Positions 10,871-21,291 of a stretch of DNA of 64,000 nt are shown here, piece after piece. The position numbers and the translations under genes were made by a program. Source of the DNA: Alteromonadaceae bacterium (GTDB lineage: Bacteria > Pseudomonadota > Gammaproteobacteria > Enterobacterales > Alteromonadaceae); the NCBI GenBank assembly GCA_014872805.1, contig WKFN01000012.1, forward strand, positions 67,998 to 131,997, given 5' to 3'. The notes below the pieces were generated by a model. The model did no database searches, was not told the DNA's origin, and was given only the letters and a program-made list of their open reading frames with translations. Position 1 is the stretch's first letter; each line of letters starts with the position of its first letter.

Positions 10871-11846
10871 CTCACGGACACAAGCTGGCGTAAAGCTACG
10901 CGATGATGAGAAAGTAAAATATATACCGGTCACAATCGTACCTACCGAAAAAGAAGAAATGCTCCGCAAACCAGAGTGGATAAAAATTAAGCTGCCTCGC
11001 ACTACCGATCGCATCGACAACATCAAAAAAGTCTTGCGCGAAAATAATCTTCATTCAGTATGTGAAGAAGCGAGCTGTCCGAATCTAGCCGAGTGTTTTA
11101 ATCACGGTACAGCAACGTTTATGATTTTGGGCGATATCTGTACTCGTCGCTGTCCATTTTGTGATGTGGCTCACGGCAAACCTTTACCACCGAGCGCTGA
11201 AGAACCTGAGAAGCTTGCCAAAACCATCGCGCAGATGGACTTAAAATACGTCGTCATTACCTCCGTTGACCGCGATGATTTGCGCGATGGGGGTGCGCAA
11301 CACTTTGTGGATTGTATCAATGCGATCCGTAAACATAGCCCTAATACCAAAATTGAAGTTCTGGTACCTGACTTCCGAGGACGCATGGATACAGCATTAG
11401 AGATCCTTAAAAAGGGAGTACCAGACGTATTTAACCATAACCTAGAAACCATTCCTGATTTGTACCGTGAGTGTCGCCCAGGTGCAAATTACAAGTGGTC
11501 GTTGGAGTTATTGCGTAAATTCAAAGCACAGCATCCAGATATTCCTACTAAATCAGGCTTAATGATGGGCATGGGTGAAACGAATGAGCAAATCCAACAA
11601 GTATTAGATGATCTTCGTGAGCACAATGTCGATATGTTGACTCTTGGCCAGTACTTACAGCCATCACGCCATCACTACCCAGTTAAACGCTATGTAACTC
11701 CGACTGAATTTGATGAGTTAGGAGAATACGCAAAATCAATTGGCTTCACTCACGCTGCGTGCGGACCAATGGTTCGATCAAGTTATCATGCTGATAAACA
11801 AGCTGCTGGTGAAGACATTGTTGGGCAATTTACGCCGAACAAATAA
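10863..11846 (+). CDS. lipA: Lipoyl synthase LipA (radical SAM)
   Basis: [13 protein letters not shown] and the radical-SAM [10 protein letters not shown] motifs. The ATG at 10863 overlaps the lipB end by 8 nt. Confidence 0.97.
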   Translation: MSNSRTQAGVKLRDDEKVKYIPVTIVPTEKEEMLRKPEWIKIKLPRTTDRIDNIKKVLRENNLHSVCEEASCPNLAECFNHGTATFMILGDICTRRCPFCDVAHGKPLPPSAEEPEKLAKTIAQMDLKYVVITSVDRDDLRDGGAQHFVDCINAIRKHSPNTKIEVLVPDFRGRMDTALEILKKGVPDVFNHNLETIPDLYRECRPGANYKWSLELLRKFKAQHPDIPTKSGLMMGMGETNEQIQQVLDDLREHNVDMLTLGQYLQPSRHHYPVKRYVTPTEFDELGEYAKSIGFTHAACGPMVRSSYHADKQAAGEDIVGQFTPNK

Positions 11847-11856
11847 AATTTGATGT

Positions 11857-12873
11857 ATGGCAGACAGAAAACAAATTTACATCGCTTACACTGGGGGGAC
11901 CATTGGTATGAAACCCTCTCCACAAGGATATGTTCCTGTTGCGGGCTTTTTACAAACAAGTGTGAGTCAACTTTCAGAGTTAACCCGTCCGGAGATGCCG
12001 GAATTTGAGCTCCATGAATACCAGACGCTGTTGGATTCTTCAGATATGCAACCCAGTGACTGGCAATTCATAGCGGATGATATTGTCGAGCGGTATGACG
12101 AGTTTGATGGATTTATCATCTTACATGGTACCGATACGATGGCGTATACCGCGTCAGCGCTGTCTTTTATGTTTGCCAATTTGGATAAACCTATTATTGT
12201 AACTGGTTCGCAGATTCCGCTTGCACAACTGCGCTCTGACGGTCAAGAAAACCTATTAAATGCCTTGTATCTCGCCGCGCACCATCCAATTAACGAAGTG
12301 TGTTTATATTTTAATAATCAATTGTTGCGCGGTAATCGCGCGCGAAAATTAGACGCTGATGGCTTTGCTGCATTTGGCTCGCCAAATTATCCAACATTGA
12401 TTGAGGCTGGGATCCATATTCAGCGCAATGATTTCTCCCCTATTGCCAATTCAGGATCAATGAAAATGACCCGAATCACCACTCAACCTGTGGCGTTGTT
12501 GTATTTGTATCCCGGTATCAGCCCTCAGATTTTGGAAAACCTGTTGCGTCAACCTATGAAAGCGATTGTACTGTTGAGTTATGGCGTGGGTAATGCACCA
12601 CAAAACAAAGCAATTTTAAGCTTGTTAGCAAAGGCTAAAGAAGACGGCATCATTGTCCTTAACTGCACACAATGTTTGCACGGTAGTGTGAATATGGATG
12701 GTTATGCGAATGGCCGGATCTTATCCGATGTGGGAGTAATCAATGGATACGATATGACGCCTGAAGCTGCACTCACTAAACTTCATTACGTTTTATCCGC
12801 CACAGATGATTACGATGAACAAATTACTCTCCTTGGGCAGAACCTCAGAGGCGAGATGAGTATCAACGCTTAA
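11857..12873 (+). CDS. ansA: Cytoplasmic L-asparaginase I
   Basis: YTGGTIGM and HGTDTMAYTASALSF motifs, colinear with E. coli AnsA. No signal peptide. Confidence 0.93.
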   Translation: MADRKQIYIAYTGGTIGMKPSPQGYVPVAGFLQTSVSQLSELTRPEMPEFELHEYQTLLDSSDMQPSDWQFIADDIVERYDEFDGFIILHGTDTMAYTASALSFMFANLDKPIIVTGSQIPLAQLRSDGQENLLNALYLAAHHPINEVCLYFNNQLLRGNRARKLDADGFAAFGSPNYPTLIEAGIHIQRNDFSPIANSGSMKMTRITTQPVALLYLYPGISPQILENLLRQPMKAIVLLSYGVGNAPQNKAILSLLAKAKEDGIIVLNCTQCLHGSVNMDGYANGRILSDVGVINGYDMTPEAALTKLHYVLSATDDYDEQITLLGQNLRGEMSINA

Positions 12874-13142
12874 AGCTTAGTGCGGAAGATCTCGCTTTCT
12901 TCAGATAACTCACGACGCAATTCAGATTTACTTTTGTGAACCATTTCACCATCTTCGCCTATGGTCATGTGTTCGTTGGTTTTGGCAATTTTGGCTTGAT
13001 ATAACATCACTGCTTGCAGTGCGTTGTCTTTTTGTTCATCGGTTAAGCTTTGGCCATTTGCCCACTTACCGGTCTCTACCGCCGTTTGCAAATTAGCAAA
13101 AATTTCAGGAGTCATTCCTGCGACAAGTTGTTCAACATTCAT
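12870..13142 (-). CDS. yeaC: DUF1315 protein YeaC
   Basis: 90 aa, colinear with E. coli YeaC (MxPExxxxLxTAVExGKWxxGxxLTxEQKxxxLQxVMLxQA). Its stop codon interdigitates with the ansA stop (TTAA). Confidence 0.8.
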   Translation of the reverse strand: MNVEQLVAGMTPEIFANLQTAVETGKWANGQSLTDEQKDNALQAVMLYQAKIAKTNEHMTIGEDGEMVHKSKSELRRELSEESEIFRTKL

Positions 13143-13152
13143 ATTGGTTATC

Positions 13153-13485
13153 CTAAAATTTAATTTTCTTAGCTTTGATAAAAGCGATTCGAGCGCGATT
13201 GACCACGTACCACAAAAAACCCAATACCAACATTAACATGCCAATGCTGTGTTGCGTGCCACCGACCTCAGGTTGTCCCCAATACAATAAACCAAAACCC
13301 GTGATGAACACTAACACTGCTACAAATGACTGAGTTTGCAAGCTTTGATGTTGGTCGTAGCGTTTGCGTTTTTCTCTCTCCAAAATCGCATCGGCATCAT
13401 CTGCCCCGACTGCAAAATCACAATGTGGACACGTTTCGGCTTTGTCGGAGATTTTTTTCTTACAAGCTGGGCAATCAGTTAGCAT
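13153..13485 (-). CDS. Hypothetical membrane protein with an N-terminal CxxC...CxxC zinc ribbon and two predicted TM helices
   Basis: CPACKKK...CPHCDF at the N-terminus, followed by two hydrophobic stretches. It is 10 nt upstream of yeaC on the same strand. I recognise no family. Confidence 0.6.
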   Translation of the reverse strand: MLTDCPACKKKISDKAETCPHCDFAVGADDADAILEREKRKRYDQHQSLQTQSFVAVLVFITGFGLLYWGQPEVGGTQHSIGMLMLVLGFLWYVVNRARIAFIKAKKIKF

Positions 13486-13511
13486 GTGAAACCTTGGAAT
13501 TTATTTAAAAA

Positions 13512-13543
13512 CAAAAAAGCTGATACGTATGATATCAGCTTTT
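13512..13543 (-). terminator. Terminator after the AGCS symporter gene (bidirectional shape)
   Basis: AGCTGATA (13517-13524) pairs with TATCAGCT (13532-13539) across a 7-nt loop. It is flanked by an A-run (13512-13517) and a T-run (13539-13543). Confidence 0.75.
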
Positions 13544-13567
13544 TGATGTTAATTTAATGTCAGCGAC

Positions 13568-15232
13568 TTAACTGTCTTTGACTTTATCCCAATATTGATT
13601 CATCGAATCTTTCATCTCTTTGCGCAACATCAAAATCCCAAACAAGTTGGGTAGTGTCATGACCACAATTGCTACCGCTGAGAACGTCCATACCAAGGTG
13701 GTGTCAGAAAACGCCGCCATAAAGAAACCTGCCACATATACCACGCGATATGGCATGATGGATTTTGGTCCAAACAAGTATGTCATGGCACGGTCACCAT
13801 AATAAGACCATGCAATCGCAGTAGAAAAGGCAAATAACAGCAAGCCCACAGACACGATATATTGGCCAAAATCACCAAAGAACCCGCGGGTGAAGGCGAT
13901 GGTCGTTAAACGAGCAGAATGCACGAGTGATTTACCTGAAACAACGAGATTGTCTTTTTGTGGCTTACCATCTTCAACAATCACCATGCCAGTGAAACTG
14001 TCTTCTTCAGACGCAATACTAAAAACAACGTCTTCTGCAACAGAGCGCGAATTAATGATGGTAAAATCGGTGTTAACGGCTTTGCCGCTGACGACTTGAA
14101 TACGACCGTTATACGGAGTAATCGCTTTGTCATCAATGTTGTTAAGATATTTATATAATGACTCAACATCAGCTTGATTTTGGTCGCTATATTGCCCTGA
14201 CACAATCAGCATGTCCGCTTTGTCAAAAATGTTGTAGTGTTTTTCATTCCACACGCCTGATGACAAAATGACTAAGCCCGTAATAGTACAGATAATGATG
14301 GTATCGATGAAAGGTTCTAGGATTGACACCATGCCTTCGGCTGCTGGATCTTTGGTTTTGGCTGCCGCGTGTGCGATTGGCGCAGACCCCTGTCCCGCTT
14401 CGTTGGAGAATAAACCACGATTTACCCCTCGGTTGAATGCATAGGCTAAGCTCGCGCCCAAGAACCCTCCTGCAGCAGCTGAACCGGTAAACGCATCAGC
14501 CCAAACTGACGCAAAAGCAGGCCCTAAGTTACCTAAATTTGCAAAAATAACAGCTAATGCACCAATGATATAAATGACTGCCATAATCGGGACAATTTTG
14601 GACGTCACAGCAGCAATACGCTGAATCCCACCCAAAATCACCAAACCGAGTAATATGGCTAAAATACCGCCCATCACCATAGGGTCAATACCAAAGGACT
14701 GTTCCATTGCACTGGCGATACCGTTAGATTGTGGCAAATTACCTGTACCAAATGAACAAATAACCGTTGCCACTGCAAAGGCGATGGCCATCCATTTCAT
14801 ATTCAAACCTTTGTCCATGAAATACATTGGACCACCTGCCATGGTACCGTCTTCGGTTTTTTCACGGTATTTGTGAGACAGAGTGACTTCTACAAATTTA
14901 GTTGTCATCCCCAAAAAGGCCGTCACCCACATCCAAAATAACGCCGCAGGCCCACCAAGGAATATCGCAAAGGCTACCCCAGAAATATTACCAGTGCCGA
15001 CCGTACCAGATAATGCCGTAGTTAATGACTTAAACGGTGAGGTATCACCAGGATCATCATCATGAGTGTATTTACCCGAAACGACTTTCCAACCGTGTTT
15101 AAAAAAACGGATCTGCGGAAATTTTAGGTAAATGGTGAAAAACAGGCCAGTTCCGAGTAAGACATACGGAAACCAAAAGGCACTGCCCAAAAACCCATCT
15201 AACATGAGTAAAAAATTATTGAGTGCTTCCAC
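13568..15232 (-). CDS. Sodium:alanine/glycine symporter (AGCS family) carrying a ~110-aa loop insertion
   Basis: Blocks colinear with AGCS proteins such as E. coli YaaJ ([26 protein letters not shown], GGPxALFWMW, [27 protein letters not shown]). At 554 aa it is longer than the usual ~470-480. Confidence 0.9.
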   Translation of the reverse strand: MEALNNFLLMLDGFLGSAFWFPYVLLGTGLFFTIYLKFPQIRFFKHGWKVVSGKYTHDDDPGDTSPFKSLTTALSGTVGTGNISGVAFAIFLGGPAALFWMWVTAFLGMTTKFVEVTLSHKYREKTEDGTMAGGPMYFMDKGLNMKWMAIAFAVATVICSFGTGNLPQSNGIASAMEQSFGIDPMVMGGILAILLGLVILGGIQRIAAVTSKIVPIMAVIYIIGALAVIFANLGNLGPAFASVWADAFTGSAAAGGFLGASLAYAFNRGVNRGLFSNEAGQGSAPIAHAAAKTKDPAAEGMVSILEPFIDTIIICTITGLVILSSGVWNEKHYNIFDKADMLIVSGQYSDQNQADVESLYKYLNNIDDKAITPYNGRIQVVSGKAVNTDFTIINSRSVAEDVVFSIASEEDSFTGMVIVEDGKPQKDNLVVSGKSLVHSARLTTIAFTRGFFGDFGQYIVSVGLLLFAFSTAIAWSYYGDRAMTYLFGPKSIMPYRVVYVAGFFMAAFSDTTLVWTFSAVAIVVMTLPNLFGILMLRKEMKDSMNQYWDKVKDS

Positions 15233-15253
15233 TTGTTGCTCCTTTATAAAGGG

Positions 15254-16390
15254 TTATTGTTGTAATACTTTCATCACTGCGCGCATTGCCACAAGGACAT
15301 CTGCACCGAGCTGTTGTGAACGTGCTATCGACCAACCGTAGACAGAATCTGGTAAGTCTGCATTATCTTTAAATGGCATCTCAAGAGTATATGATAGACA
15401 ATTAAAGCGATGACCAATGGCTGTTGCTGCAATCGTCAAATTGGCCGCACCTGGCGCATCTTTGGGATAGCCATAAGTATCTTGAAACTCAGGTGTGGTT
15501 TGCATCAATACTTGTTTAAACGTATTCTCTAATTCAGCTAATCGCTCGTTGTAGTTCGGATTGCCTTCACAACCGGCAACAAAATTATACGGTAGCGCTT
15601 CATCACCGTGCATATCCAAGAACAGGTCGACTCCGACTTCATCCATCTTGTTGCGCACAAGGAACACTTCTGGAGACTGCTCCATAGACGGACTCTCCCA
15701 CTCGCGATTGAGGTTAACCCCGGCTGCATTAGTGCGCAGATGACCGCGCACACTGCCATCCGGATTCATATTGGGGACGACATAAAAGACAACGTATTCA
15801 AGCAAATCACGTGCTACGCCATCGCTATCATCGAGTAATCTTGACAAAAGACCTTCAGCGCACCACTGTGCCATAGATTCGCCTGGGTGTTGGCGAGCAA
15901 TGACCCAAAATTTTAATTTCGGTGTGTCAGATTGCTCGTCACCAATGACCAGCAAATCCATATCACGTCCATCTAAGGTTCGGCCAAGTAGTTCATGACG
16001 ACATTCAAACCCAGTTTGTGCAGAAGCAATCAAATCCATGTGACGCTCATAACTGTAAGGTGCAAAGTAAGCAAAATACATCACATCGTGTTCCGGCGTT
16101 ACATCGATGGTAAGTGTATCGCCATCAAAGGAAGTGTCGACGCGAAACCATTCTTCCCGGTCATAACTGGCCACGGCTTGATATCCCTCCCATCCTTTGG
16201 GGTAGGCTGAATTCGCTAAATCTGTGATGTGTAAGGTATGGTTAACCATGGCTGTGGTCGAGAGGCGAAAATGAAACCACTGATAAAAATTAGATTGATG
16301 GTCTTTGTTAATCGATAATCGAATATTTTGAGGAGAGTCTGCCGCAATGACGCGAATGTTACCGCTGTCAAATGCACTGCTGATATGCAT
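15254..16390 (-). CDS. M14-family zinc carboxypeptidase, cytosolic-carboxypeptidase-like (no signal peptide)
   Basis: HPGES (HxxE zinc ligands), DMHGDE (third His) and YTLEMPF (catalytic Glu). An N-terminal beta domain begins MHISSAFDSGNI, as in bacterial CCP-like enzymes. The Met at 16390 is preferred to the TTG at 16423. Confidence 0.85.
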   Translation of the reverse strand: MHISSAFDSGNIRVIAADSPQNIRLSINKDHQSNFYQWFHFRLSTTAMVNHTLHITDLANSAYPKGWEGYQAVASYDREEWFRVDTSFDGDTLTIDVTPEHDVMYFAYFAPYSYERHMDLIASAQTGFECRHELLGRTLDGRDMDLLVIGDEQSDTPKLKFWVIARQHPGESMAQWCAEGLLSRLLDDSDGVARDLLEYVVFYVVPNMNPDGSVRGHLRTNAAGVNLNREWESPSMEQSPEVFLVRNKMDEVGVDLFLDMHGDEALPYNFVAGCEGNPNYNERLAELENTFKQVLMQTTPEFQDTYGYPKDAPGAANLTIAATAIGHRFNCLSYTLEMPFKDNADLPDSVYGWSIARSQQLGADVLVAMRAVMKVLQQ

Positions 16391-16476
16391 AGGTAATGTC
16401 CATGTTATTCTTATTACTTTCAATGTAGCATAAATTTTGTGGAGATGACCAGTTTTGTCTTATGTGATATTTGTCC

Positions 16477-17007
16477 CTAGCCTGCAAAAGCAAGCTTTAC
16501 CTTCATGCCAAACTCTGTACTATACCCGACACTCCGACCAACAACTGCTCCTTGGTTGTTCAGAATATACACGCTTGGAAATGCACTGATTTGGAACGTA
16601 TGCGCAGTGCTACGAGTCCCTAACAGCACATTCCTGCGCTTGGTACCCGTCTCTTGAACAAATCGCTCGACCTCTTCAAGGTTTTGAAAAGAAAGAGCAA
16701 TCTTAACCACATTCACTTGTTCCGAATCGAGTTCATCAACATTGTTTATACTCCAATAACACACCTTGCACCAAGGCGCGAAAAAATACACTAATGTCGG
16801 TTTATCATTGTCAAGTAGCGGTTGTGTGCGCCCGTCAAGACTCACAAATTGATGCTCAGGAATCGTGACTGTGCCATCTGCGACCAGCATATTACGCTGT
16901 TGATACCAGACGATGGCCATCAATATCACAATAAAGACACATATCTCAATGAGACTTCTGCGAAGTGACCGAAATTTTGAAGTTTTGTTGGTTTCCATCT
17001 GCGTCAT
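16477..17007 (-). CDS. TlpA-like membrane-anchored thioredoxin-fold protein
   Basis: N-terminal TM anchor and a redoxin fold with CxxC (FAPWCKVCY). AGGA lies 6 nt upstream of the ATG. Confidence 0.75.
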   Translation of the reverse strand: MTQMETNKTSKFRSLRRSLIEICVFIVILMAIVWYQQRNMLVADGTVTIPEHQFVSLDGRTQPLLDNDKPTLVYFFAPWCKVCYWSINNVDELDSEQVNVVKIALSFQNLEEVERFVQETGTKRRNVLLGTRSTAHTFQISAFPSVYILNNQGAVVGRSVGYSTEFGMKVKLAFAG

Positions 17008-17083
17008 GTTGAGTCCTGAATACTAAGCCTGTTCATTAAGCATGATAATTAAGACCGTAATGGTATCAGTGTTCTTTCACAGA

Positions 17084-17117
17084 ACAAAAAAAGCCCCAGC
17101 ACACTGTCCGGGGCTTT
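17084..17117 (-). terminator. Terminator after the long GAPDH gene
   Basis: The minus strand reads AGCCCCGG-acagtgtg-CTGGGGCT followed by TTTTTTT. Plus-strand coordinates are roughly 17092-17115, with the A-run at 17085-17092. Confidence 0.8.
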
Positions 17118-17139
17118 ATCATATTAGAGTGAACAACAC

Positions 17140-18591
17140 TTATTTAGCTGGTAGACTCGGCGCAAATATACCCGCCATGTCTTGCGCCACACGCATAACC
17201 TGACAGCTATAACCAAACTCGTTATCATACCAAACATATAATGTTGCACGGTCACCCGACACAATCGTCGCAGCACTGTCGACAATTGACGCTGCACGCG
17301 CACCCACTAAGTCACTAGATACAATCTCTGTCGATGAAGTGAAATCAATTTGATTTTGTAACTCAGAGAACAAGGCCGCATTTTGCAAAAAGTCATTAAT
17401 GGCTTCTTTAGAACCGGCTTCTTTTTCAAGATTCAAATTCAAAATAGCCATTGATACATTCGGTGTTGGTACACGGATCGCGTTACCCGTCAATTTACCT
17501 TCAAGCTTAGGATAGGCTTTTGATACGGCTTTCGCAGCACCGGTTTCAGTGATAACCATGTTCAGTGGCGCACTGCGACCTCGACGCTCAGCTTTGTGAT
17601 AGTTATCAATTAAGTTTTGGTCATTGGTGAATGCATGCACAGTTTCGACATGGCCGTTTTTGATGCCGTATTCTTCATCAAGTACTTTTAGTACGGGTGT
17701 AATCGCATTGGTAGTACAAGATGCCGCAGAAACAATTTTATCATCCGCAGTGACGTCTTGATGGTTCACACCATACACGATGTTTTTGATATCGCCTTTG
17801 CCCGGTGCGGTTAATAGCGCTTTCGCTGCACCTTTCGCTTGAAGGTGTAAGCCAAGGCCATCGCGGTCACGCCAAATACCAGTGTTGTCAATGATTAAAG
17901 CATTATCGATACCGTATTGTGTGTAATCGACCGTTTCTGGTGAGTTTGCATAAATCACTTGAATGTAAGAGCCATTGGCTAAAATAGCTTTGCGTTCGTT
18001 GTCTACAGTGATTGAACCATTGAATGGACCATGTACTGAATCGCGACGCAACAACGAGGCGCGTTTTTCTAAATCGCCATCTTTACCGCCACGCACGACA
18101 ATCGCACGTAAACGCAATTTGTTATTTTCACCTTGACGTTCAATTAACAATCGAGCCAATAAACGACCAATACGTCCAAAGCCGTATAATACGACGTCTT
18201 GTGGTGCTTGGTTATCTTTTTTATCAACCACTGGAGCAAGTTGGTCTCTGATAAATCCGACTAGGTCTGTAGATTCTTTGCCTGCGCCATAATGAAAATC
18301 ATACGCCAATTTGCCAATATCAATGCACGCTGGTGCAATTTGCATCTCGTTGATGGCATCAAGAATAGGAAAAGATTCGCGTAAGCGAAGTTTTTGGCCT
18401 TCATGACGTCGAACCGTGCGATGTGCTTTGATAACATCGATAGCGCTGGCGTTTAATAACGAGCGACCGTAAACGGTGATTTCAATCGCTTTGTTGCGAT
18501 ACAGTTTACCAATAATTGGCATCATTTTTTCAGCGTATTCCTGACGCTCCTGCCAACTTTTCTGAAGTTCCAATTCGACTGCTTGATTCAT
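17140..18591 (-). CDS. Glyceraldehyde-3-phosphate dehydrogenase paralogue, long form (483 aa, ~130-aa N-terminal extension)
   Basis: A complete GAPDH core (GFGRIGR, SAASCTTNAITP, TVHAFT, WYDNEFGYS) preceded by about 130 extra residues. It resembles the ~480-aa Gap2/GapB-type enzymes of Pseudomonas and Shewanella. Confidence 0.9.
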   Translation of the reverse strand: MNQAVELELQKSWQERQEYAEKMMPIIGKLYRNKAIEITVYGRSLLNASAIDVIKAHRTVRRHEGQKLRLRESFPILDAINEMQIAPACIDIGKLAYDFHYGAGKESTDLVGFIRDQLAPVVDKKDNQAPQDVVLYGFGRIGRLLARLLIERQGENNKLRLRAIVVRGGKDGDLEKRASLLRRDSVHGPFNGSITVDNERKAILANGSYIQVIYANSPETVDYTQYGIDNALIIDNTGIWRDRDGLGLHLQAKGAAKALLTAPGKGDIKNIVYGVNHQDVTADDKIVSAASCTTNAITPVLKVLDEEYGIKNGHVETVHAFTNDQNLIDNYHKAERRGRSAPLNMVITETGAAKAVSKAYPKLEGKLTGNAIRVPTPNVSMAILNLNLEKEAGSKEAINDFLQNAALFSELQNQIDFTSSTEIVSSDLVGARAASIVDSAATIVSGDRATLYVWYDNEFGYSCQVMRVAQDMAGIFAPSLPAK

Positions 18592-18673
18592 TGTGATTAA
18601 GGCCTTTACTCAAACTAGTTAAACACTTGCCACGGTACGTTTGTAGGGTACAGAGGCGACAAATTCGGGTCTA

Positions 18674-18702
18674 AGTGTATACAAGGAAAATGGGCTTGCC
18701 AA
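18674..18702 (-). promoter_or_regulatory. Candidate sigma70 promoter for the long GAPDH gene
   Basis: The minus strand has TTGGCA (18697-18702), a 17-nt spacer, and TACACT (18674-18679). A degenerate TGTAAT half-site element (18705-18719) lies just upstream. Confidence 0.35.
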
Positions 18703-18877
18703 ATTGTTGGATAATTACAAAAAATGGATATTTTCAGAGAAATTGAAAGAATTGTATGTTGTTTTTCAACATTATTAGAGGTTCGTTACGGTAAACGCGC
18801 TTGCTTGACGTTTTCAGACGAAAATAAAGCACACTATATAAGACTAAAATATATTATTTTTTTGCGTGATATATTAT

Positions 18878-19258
18878 TTATTCACCCGAGTGAAACTGCA
18901 AAGAGACACTATTTACGCAATACCTCTTACCAGTTGGTGCAGGGCCATCGTTAAAAACATGTCCCAAATGCGCATCACAGTGTTTACACAAAATTTCGGT
19001 GCGTATCATGCCATGTGAATGATCGGGGGCAAACTTCACATTTTGTGTTGCATCTTGATCAAAAAAGCTCGGCCAGCCACAGCCAGATTCGAATTTATGC
19101 TCAGAGCTAAACAATGGCGTATCACAGACAATACAGTGATACATCCCAGTTGCAAAATGCGCGTTATACTCGCCAGTGAAAGGACGTTCAGTGCCTTTTT
19201 CTTGTGTCACGTATAGTGCTGCAGGACTGAGGTGAGCGGTACTAAATGATTTGGACAT
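18878..19258 (-). CDS. msrB: Peptide-methionine (R)-S-oxide reductase MsrB
   Basis: Two CxxC zinc motifs ([19 protein letters not shown]) and the catalytic RYCVNS. The start ATG overlaps the glgX stop (TAATG). Confidence 0.95.
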   Translation of the reverse strand: MSKSFSTAHLSPAALYVTQEKGTERPFTGEYNAHFATGMYHCIVCDTPLFSSEHKFESGCGWPSFFDQDATQNVKFAPDHSHGMIRTEILCKHCDAHLGHVFNDGPAPTGKRYCVNSVSLQFHSGE

Positions 19259-21291
19259 TATGCTTCTCTTTTACGATCGTCTTGTTTAAATATAACAAAC
19301 GAACGATTTGAGATCACAAATTGTGGTTTCGCTATATAAGCTCCTGCAGGTCTAAAGTCCGTCATACGCGTATCGAGTACTACCTGCCAACGATGGTTCT
19401 GCTTAACTTTAGGCAACACCATATTGTGATCGACCTTGTCGGCATTGACACAAATCAGCCAGTGCTCTTGATTATCACAATTACCAATTAACTCTACGGC
19501 AAAGCCTTTGTTCATTGGATCATGCCAATCGGAATCAGCTTTGGGACTGCCATCAATTTTGTACCAATGGACGGCATCCACATTGCACTGGTCAAAAAAT
19601 GCATCATCTGCTAATTGAGCATTGGTGAGGATCTGACTGGATTGTTTTAACGCGATACAGTACTGACAAAAAGCTAAAAAATCCGCCTGCTGCCGATTGA
19701 GATCCCAATCACAATAGTTGAGCTCATTATCTTGGCAATACGCATTATTATTACCGAGTTGAGTACGACTTAATTCATCGCCATGCAAGACCAATGGCGT
19801 GCCCTGAGCAAAAATCATCGACGCAAACAAATTGCGCTTTTGCCGTTCTCGGAGGTGGTTGATCATCACATCATCGGTTGGCCCTTCAATGCCATAATTG
19901 CAACTCGCATTGTGATTATGACCATCGCGATTGTCCTCAAGATTCGCCTCATTGTGTTTGTCTTGGTAGCTCACAACATCTTGTAAGGTGAAGCCATCGT
20001 GAAACGTCACGCCATTGACCGATGTATAAGAGGCACGAACGCCTTTGTGGAAAATATCTCGCGAACCAAACATGCACGTCGCAAAGTCCGCCATTTTGTT
20101 ATTATCACCGCGCCAAAAACTGCGGGTGATATCGCGAAATTGATCGTTGATTTCAGCAAAGGACACTGGAAAATTCCCCAACTGATAACCATAATCACCG
20201 ATGTCCCACGGCTCGGCTATGTGAATTTTGTCACGCAAAATTGGGTCTTGTTGCAAGGCTTTAAAAAAACCTGACTTTAATGAGAACGCGTGTGGCTGAC
20301 GCCCCATATTCGTTGCCAAATCATAGCGAAAGCCATCAAATCCATATTCTGTAACCCAATGTCTTGCCGCATCTAATATCATTTGGAGATTGTACTGGTG
20401 CGCAAGGTTAATGGTATTACCACATCCTGAATAATTCGCATATTCTCTTGATTCAGGTAAAAAGGTATATGCCGTACTTGGTTGAGTCGCACGATGATGT
20501 AATATCGGTCCATCAGGACCACCCTCGGCAGTATGGTTAAACACTACATCCAAAATCACTTCAAAACCGGCTTTGTGCAGCGTATCTACACAAGTTTGTA
20601 ACTCTAAATGTGCATCACGGTAGGCATAACGGGGCTCCGGTGCAAAAAAGCTGGCCGTATTATAGCCCCAATAATTCGTGAGACCCTTTTCGACAATGAA
20701 AGGCTCTGGCATAAACGCCATCAAGGGCATCAACTGAATCGTGGTGATGCCCATGTCGTGTAAATGCTCGATCACAGCAGTATGGCACAAGCCTAAATAA
20801 GTCCCGCGATGCTTAACAGGCACGTCTGGATGTTGCATGCTCATGCTTTTGACATGCGCTTCATATACGACGCGATGATGGGGCAAAATCGCTTTTTCTA
20901 ATGGTGCAACCCGAACCAATTTTGAGGAGCGATGTTGAGGTGGGATTTTGCATTTTGGAAACCACAATGACGGATTTTTATTGTATTGCTCACGATCCCA
21001 GTACCAACTATGAGACAGTTGTTTGGCGTATGGATCACTGATAAAGCACGCTCCACCATCTTGCATCGTAACATGATACAAATAAACCGAATCAGAATAG
21101 CTTGTATTAATTGACCAATACCAATCTTTACCTACGCGCTTATTTGCAGGAAAGCGAGCCAATTCTTCTTGCGTATCGGCATGAAATAAAACCAATTCTG
21201 CGCCATTGAGTTCAGGCCCATACAAGACGAACTCAAGACTGTTTTGAGTCACTGTGACTCCGTAAGAAGCACGCAGATTGGCCGTAATCAT
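19258..21291 (-). CDS. glgX: Glycogen debranching enzyme GlgX (GH13)
   Basis: GH13 signature blocks DVVFNHT, GFRYDLA, AEPWD and FHDGFTL. Its start overlaps the glgB stop by 4 nt. Confidence 0.9.
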   Translation of the reverse strand: MITANLRASYGVTVTQNSLEFVLYGPELNGAELVLFHADTQEELARFPANKRVGKDWYWSINTSYSDSVYLYHVTMQDGGACFISDPYAKQLSHSWYWDREQYNKNPSLWFPKCKIPPQHRSSKLVRVAPLEKAILPHHRVVYEAHVKSMSMQHPDVPVKHRGTYLGLCHTAVIEHLHDMGITTIQLMPLMAFMPEPFIVEKGLTNYWGYNTASFFAPEPRYAYRDAHLELQTCVDTLHKAGFEVILDVVFNHTAEGGPDGPILHHRATQPSTAYTFLPESREYANYSGCGNTINLAHQYNLQMILDAARHWVTEYGFDGFRYDLATNMGRQPHAFSLKSGFFKALQQDPILRDKIHIAEPWDIGDYGYQLGNFPVSFAEINDQFRDITRSFWRGDNNKMADFATCMFGSRDIFHKGVRASYTSVNGVTFHDGFTLQDVVSYQDKHNEANLEDNRDGHNHNASCNYGIEGPTDDVMINHLRERQKRNLFASMIFAQGTPLVLHGDELSRTQLGNNNAYCQDNELNYCDWDLNRQQADFLAFCQYCIALKQSSQILTNAQLADDAFFDQCNVDAVHWYKIDGSPKADSDWHDPMNKGFAVELIGNCDNQEHWLICVNADKVDHNMVLPKVKQNHRWQVVLDTRMTDFRPAGAYIAKPQFVISNRSFVIFKQDDRKREA

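Noticed and set aside
18705-18719. Sixth HexR site (TGTTGGATAATTACA) upstream of the long GAPDH gene
   Set aside because: Only one half-site (ATTACA) is good and the other half matches poorly. In AT-rich DNA this is within chance expectation. It is mentioned under the GAPDH finding but not called as a feature.
18724-18954. 76-aa ORF in the AT-rich gap between msrB and the long GAPDH gene
   Set aside because: Its 3' part overlaps the msrB coding region on the opposite strand. Its composition is that of AT-rich intergenic DNA, and there is no SD. The 286-bp gap more likely holds the long-GAPDH promoter/5' UTR and a weak msrB 3' end.
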